Shown: one piece after another, positions 58,901 to 64,000 of the stretch
How positions within the stretch are numbered: position 1 is the first letter of the stretch
Layout of the letters: every line of letters starts with the position of its first letter
Source of the DNA: Anthoceros angustus
Taxonomy: Eukaryota; Plantae; Anthocerotophyta
DNA: 64,000 nucleotides
NCBI GenBank assembly: GCA_010909165.1
Contig: MU008158.1
Span: forward strand, 62,001 to 126,000
Reading direction: 5' to 3'
Notes under the pieces: model-generated
The model's input: only the letters and a program-made list of their open reading frames with translations
What the model was told of the DNA's origin: nothing
Databases searched by the model: none
Made by a program: the position numbers and the translations under genes

Positions 58901-59900
58901 CAACGTATTGGAAGGGGGAAAGGCGACATGAAACAAGAGCGTGAAGTGGAGACGGGCCACGCGGCCATGAGGGCGCAAGGTGAGGGGAGGCAGCAGAGGG
59001 GAAACGAGACAAGAGGGATTTAAATTGTGGTGCCCGCGACACCACGATCGCCTGTGTTTGGTGGAAGCATGCCCGGAATGGTGTGAATGGAGGCGGAGGG
59101 TCAGGTCACGTGGGCAGCAACAATGGAGAAGAGGTGGAGGAGTGCCCGAGACCAAGGTGACGCCATGTTTGCGGAGGGTGGAGGCCGTTGGGATCGAGAT
59201 GGATTAGCGCCGTTGAATGGCGGGAACAATGAGTGTGGAGGCGGAGTCGGGTGGTGGACCACGGAGGGGCAAATCCGTCACTGTGAGGAAACACACTTGT
59301 GTGCACGGATGACAAAAACGCAGGGGAGTAGGAGGAGGGTGGCGGGACGGAAAAGGGATCACACCCAAAGCATCCATGCCGGCGAGGCGCCACTAGCATG
59401 AGGCGATGTCGAGGGGAGAGAGAATGAAGGAGGTTCAAGAGGGCATCATGTGTGCCTTTGATATGGGCAAAGGCCGTGCATGAGAGGCAAGGGGACAGAC
59501 GGGGGACGCTACATGTGGACGCATCCAAGAGGCAGTCAAGAGGACGATGTGCCTAATTTCGTGTGACACATATCTTGCCTCCGGCCGAGAGCATGGACCT
59601 ACATAGTGGAGCCCAGTTGAGGCAACGCCACCGCGATAAAGGGTGGAGGCGAAAGAGGAAAAGAGGAGGAGGAGTAGAGGCGGCCGGTGGGCGAGTGACA
59701 GGGCAGGGCTGCGACAACCGGAAGAAGGAAGAGGAAAATCACCAAGGTGGGCGTAAGATACGAGGAGGGACCGGAGGGAAGGTAAGGCAAATGGTCACTA
59801 TGGTGATTGGTACACCCATTAACGCGGTAACTCATGATGGCCATGTTGTTGTATGTGCAACGTGAGGAAGGCGGGGAGGAAGCGGTAGAAGTGGCAAAGC
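56000..59900 (+). pseudogene. CACTA ORF2/TnpA-like gene downstream of the transposase; ~1.15 kb tandem duplication (56775-57920 / 57920-59090)
   Basis: Purine-rich coding-like frames (EEWEDALAW...MHCGRSAIVGF) in the position expected for CACTA ORF2. Confidence 0.5.
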
Positions 59901-61184
59901 TTGCCTCAACGCAAGTGGAGGGAAGAAGAAAATTGGGAATCGAACGGAGGGCGGAAGTTTCGAGGTGCATACGATGACGAGTAGGAAGTGCCTTACATGG
60001 AGGCGTAAAAGCATAAGCCAGCATACCAAAACTCCTCCGCAAAGACAATCTTGTAGGGGCATAACCTCAGTGATGCGTCACAATAAGGTGATAGGTGGGG
60101 ACAATATATATGGAAGCCATTATTGGTGACGTGGAAGGACAAACACCGCATGCTATAAAGTAGGGGTAGAAAGAGCCGCTATTTACACGATAGTAAATAC
60201 ATAGTACCGCATCATGAATATGTATGTACGCACGATGGAATACGATAGTATACAAACTTATTTTATATGAAATTGAATACGCCTTATAGCACTTAGAATA
60301 ATATATTACATTTATCGCCGAGACTACATGTGTATAGTATAAGGATGTATTGATGTATTTTATATATGGTCGTATTGAAGGGCGAGGTAACTACCAAGTA
60401 AAACGTGGTATTGCAAAGGGCAAAAGTAAAAGGAATAGTGGATGGGGAGGAGGTTCTAAGCCTCCAAAAGTGTTACAAGACCTCTCTTGTAACACTTTAG
60501 ATGTTGCAATCATGTTGCAATTTTGAGAGAGGGCAAAACCAATTTCTCTTCATCTTAACATAATTGCAACACCATTGCAACATGATTGCAACACCGTGGT
60601 ATGGTTTCCAAGCCAAAGTGTAACAAGGGGCCCAAAAGTGTTACATGACCCCAAAATGGCAACATGAGTGTTACATCCAGGGGTCCAAATCTTAACATAA
60701 AGTGTAACATAGGGTGCCCTTTTCTAGTAGGGGTCGTTGTAAAGTGCGTGGTACCCACACCGAGACGTCTCAAACTTAGATGTTGTAATTCCTTTTGCAA
60801 TTGGGATATTGTAAATGGTTTTGTAAAAGGCATTGTAAATAGGTGACATGGCAAGGGTTGCTGACTAGGCGCCACATGGCAATGGGCACCACGTCATCAC
60901 GTGGTGATGTGGCGATGAGGGCCATGTCATCAAATCATGCCACATCATCACCTAATGATGTACATGGCAATGAAGGGCCATATGGCAACAACATGCCATG
61001 TCATCACTTGGTGATGTGGCAGTGATGTGGCACCATATCACCACTTTAATCACATGGTGCTGGAACTGGCCATGTCAGCAATTTTACAACGTCATGAAGC
61101 TCTCGGTTTACAACGGCATTGTTATGCTTTATGCGTTATAACGCTGCCATAAACCGTTGTAAGAACCTTCGTTTTCTTGTAGTG

Positions 61185-63930
61185 CATGCTCTTGGACTTT
61201 GTTTTAAGCAGTAAATAGTATTTAGCAGCTTGCAAACTTTCCTATCCCATTTTTTGTTGATGAAGCCTTCTGGTTGGTGCACGAATAAAACTTCTTCTAA
61301 CACCCCGTGCAGGAAAGCTGTACATATGTCCATCTATTGGACTTCTAGATCATACTCTGCTGACATACTACATCTGAATGAAGGTGGCTTCTGGCAGAAT
61401 GAGTATCGCCATCAATCACTAGGATTTGACTAAACCCCCTCACAACCAAGCGTGATTTATATCTAGTCACAGTTCCATCCGACTTGAGCTTGGTTTTGAA
61501 GACCCACTTACAGCTAATAGGTTTTCTGCCAGGTGGAAGATCAACAAGTTCCCAAGTGTTTTTCTTCATAAGAGAGTTCTACTCATCATCAATCGAAATA
61601 CGTCAATGGTGTCCATCTGGTCCGTGGATTGCTTCCTCATAGGACTGCGGATCTGGCCTCATATCATGTGCATGTAGGCTAGAAACATTGGCACCATGCT
61701 TTCTGAAATCCACATACTGATAAGGAGGCTCTGCCCACTGCTCACAAGATCTGCGCTCACGAGCAGGATACCGTGGAACAGGGTCTTCACGAGGTGGAGA
61801 GGGAGGCCTGTCACCGTCAGTAGATCCTTCCAGATCATCATCAACAGCTGAAAAATGATCAACACCGTCCGTTGATGCATTCTCATTAAGGTCAGCATCA
61901 GCTGTTTCTTCCCCTTCCTCATGTTGAGAAGTAGCTGAAGATTCTAGGTGTGCTTCGGACTCACCATCAGAAAATGGGTAATCAGCAAAAACTGCGGGAG
62001 AAGAATCAACATGTGGAGGACTAGGTGTGTCATCTTCTGAATTTTCAGTTCGAGCTGACTCATGTGAAGGAGAAAAATGCAGACTTGAATCTTCTACAAT
62101 GTTAGAAGAATATAGTTCACAAAAGGTGACACTACGAGCAAGTGTGAGTTTCCTGGTCTTAGGGTCATACAACTTGTAGGCTTTACTTTCCTCAGAATAG
62201 CCTACAAAAAAATAGGGCCTGGACCTATCATCTAACTTCCGACGTTTGGACACAAGAATGAACACAAAAGCAAGGGAGCTAAAGACACGAAGATGCAGCC
62301 AACTGGGTTTGTAAAGAGGCTGTGGGAACTCTGTTTAAGATATAAGTAGCCGTCACAATCGCCTCTGCCTAATATCCCTTTGGAAGTCCTGACTAGGAGA
62401 TCTAGAGCATGCTACATGTCATCCCCATCAAAGTCTGATTTTTTCTCTCAGCCACTCCATTTTGCTGAGGAGTGTATGGAACTGTGAGTTGCCTGTGAAT
62501 TCCATTTTTCTGACAAAGATCATCATACTTCTGCCCAAGAAATTCCCCACCATTATCAGTTCGTAGACATTTAACTAACTTGCCAGTTTGTTGTTGAACT
62601 AGGGGAATCCAAGCGGCTATCTTATCAAATGCCTCACTCTTCAACTTCAAAGGAAATGTCCAAGTGAATTGAGAGTAGTCATCTGTAAGAGTTAGATAAT
62701 ACCAAGCGCCACCCAAGGAAAAGACTTGCAGATTGCCAGCAATATCAGCATGGACAAGCTCAAGTACCTCAGTGGCCCTAGTAGCATCCTTGTTCTTGAA
62801 GGTAATTCCTTCTGCTTGGATAAGATACATGATTTGCAAGCAGAAAGGTCCTTGAATTGAGCTGGAAGTTTCTCCTTGTAACAGTCCATAGAAGACATCA
62901 AGCTCAATTTCGCCTTGTTGATATGACCAAGGCGAGCATGCCAAAGTTCAGCAACTGTTTTTGCCGATGTAGCAACAGCAGCTTGCTGAACTTGGGACAG
63001 CACTTGTAGCTGATAACGTTCATTAACCAGTACACCTCTTGCTGTGCACAGATCAAGGTTGGAAATTTTATACAAGCAGTAGCTGTTCAATTCAAATCTG
63101 AATCCAATCAAAGCTGATTGTGTAAGAGCTCTTATAGAGAGCAAATTCTTCGACATTCGAGGAACAAAGAGAGCATCCAGCAATTGCAACTGTGAACCAT
63201 CAGCAAGAGGTATGTCAATTGAACCACTACCCTTCACATCAACTCCACGAGAATCTCCCATATAGACCAACTGCTTCTCCTTCTTACTGTGGAAGGTTGA
63301 GAACATGAGTCGATTGTTACAGACATGGGCTGTAGCCCCAGAGTCTATGAACCAAAAGTGGAGAGACTTCACGAAAAGAAGTAAGGCAGACCGTGAAAAC
63401 AGAAGAACTACTCTTAGATGCGGACTGCGAGGAAGATCCCTTGGAAGCTACATGAGCTACAGGTTTGGAATCCTTCCGTGGCTCACCAGCCTTCTTCTTG
63501 CGACAATCTCGTTCCCAGTGACCTGGAATATATTTGACACCAATTGCAAGTACCTTCACGTTTGGCAGTAGCGGGAGCAGGTGTTGGGTACTTTTTCTTC
63601 TTCCCCTTGTCTCTCCCCTGCCCAAACATTTTTCCCTTAAATGCAACAAGGACCTTATCCGTGCGCACCCTTGCGGTGCCACCAGATCGTGTCCTACTCT
63701 GTTCCTCTTGATGTAGAGCGGCAATGAGCTCATTGAGGGTAAGAGTGGGTGCAGTTCCAGCTTTCACTACGGACACAGAAGAACGCAACAAAGAATTTTG
63801 ACTTGAGACGAATTGCTGATAGGAGGGAGGAAGGCTGGATAGGAGCTGAGCCACAACATCAATATCCTCAAGCTTGCTTCCAAGCATGGAGAGCTGCGCC
63901 TTGAGGTATCTGAATTTGTTGATGTGCGCT
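61185..63930 (-). mobile_element. Ty1/Copia element Copia-4 (gag to N-terminal RT), cut by the outer CACTA
   Basis: QLLSSLPPSY, zinc knuckle (CNWC..GHWERDC), WFIDSGATAHVC, LWHARLGH, LRTDNGGEF, PQQNGVAER, NTWELVDLPPGRKPISCKWVFK, and LKQSPRA, where the CACTA TIR begins. Confidence 0.93.
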
Positions 63931-64000
63931 TGTCATGGCACACAGTGGTAGGAAGAGGTAGATAAGAATCTGAGTGTGATGGTGTGTGTGTGCTATGTGT

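Larger units (their letters stand above)
11967..60732 (+). mobile_element. Inner CACTA transposon, complete ends, 48.8 kb including nested insertions (~17 kb without E1)
   Basis: Perfect 28-bp inverted repeat CTACTAGAAAAGGGCACCCTATGTTACA at 11969-11996 and 60703-60730. Termini GACTA / CCCTA each differ by one base from CACTA. 3-bp TSD GTC at 11964-11966 and 60733-60735. Contains a CACTA transposase. Confidence 0.9.
8446..61184 (+). mobile_element. Outer CACTA (En/Spm) transposon, right part; interrupted by the inner CACTA; left end not in the window
   Basis: Right TIR GTTTTCTTGTAGTG (=CACTACAAGAAAAC) at 61171-61184 cuts the Copia-4 RT. A ~58-bp subterminal repeat lies on both sides of the inner insertion (11903-11960 and 60771-60828). 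ORF2-like coding region at ~9.8-11 kb. Start coordinate is only the leftmost visible part. Confidence 0.75.

Noticed and set aside
63931-64000. Possible start of another LTR (TGTCATGG...) interrupting Copia-4 gag
   Set aside because: Only 70 bp are visible, which is not enough to support a call.

Overview
Eukaryotic, plant-like (tRNA-iMet-primed Copia elements, CACTA transposons) repeat-rich DNA made almost entirely of nested transposable elements. I found no recognisable host gene, rRNA, tRNA or CRISPR array. The sequence is rich in indels, so most coding regions are frameshifted, and several ~0.3-1.6 kb tandem duplications look like consensus artefacts. Junction analysis gives a 7-level nesting: Copia-4 (61185-63930) > outer CACTA (right TIR ends 61184) > inner CACTA (11967-60732, 28-bp TIRs, GTC TSD) > element E1 (20335-51830) > E3 (21331-46673) > E2 (~30420-44709) > Copia-3 (31688-41405, TA..TA LTRs). 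E4 (24355-29713) is also inside E3, and Copia-1 and Copia-2 lie at the left. The most unusual feature is E1-E4. These are four mutually homologous ~4-5.5 kb units, each with one long ORF (conserved N-terminal domain plus coiled coil) and a TATA-containing, hairpin-ended 3' region finishing in CGACA (CGACC in E1). They have short junction duplications but no second LTR, no gag-pol and no recognisable transposase.
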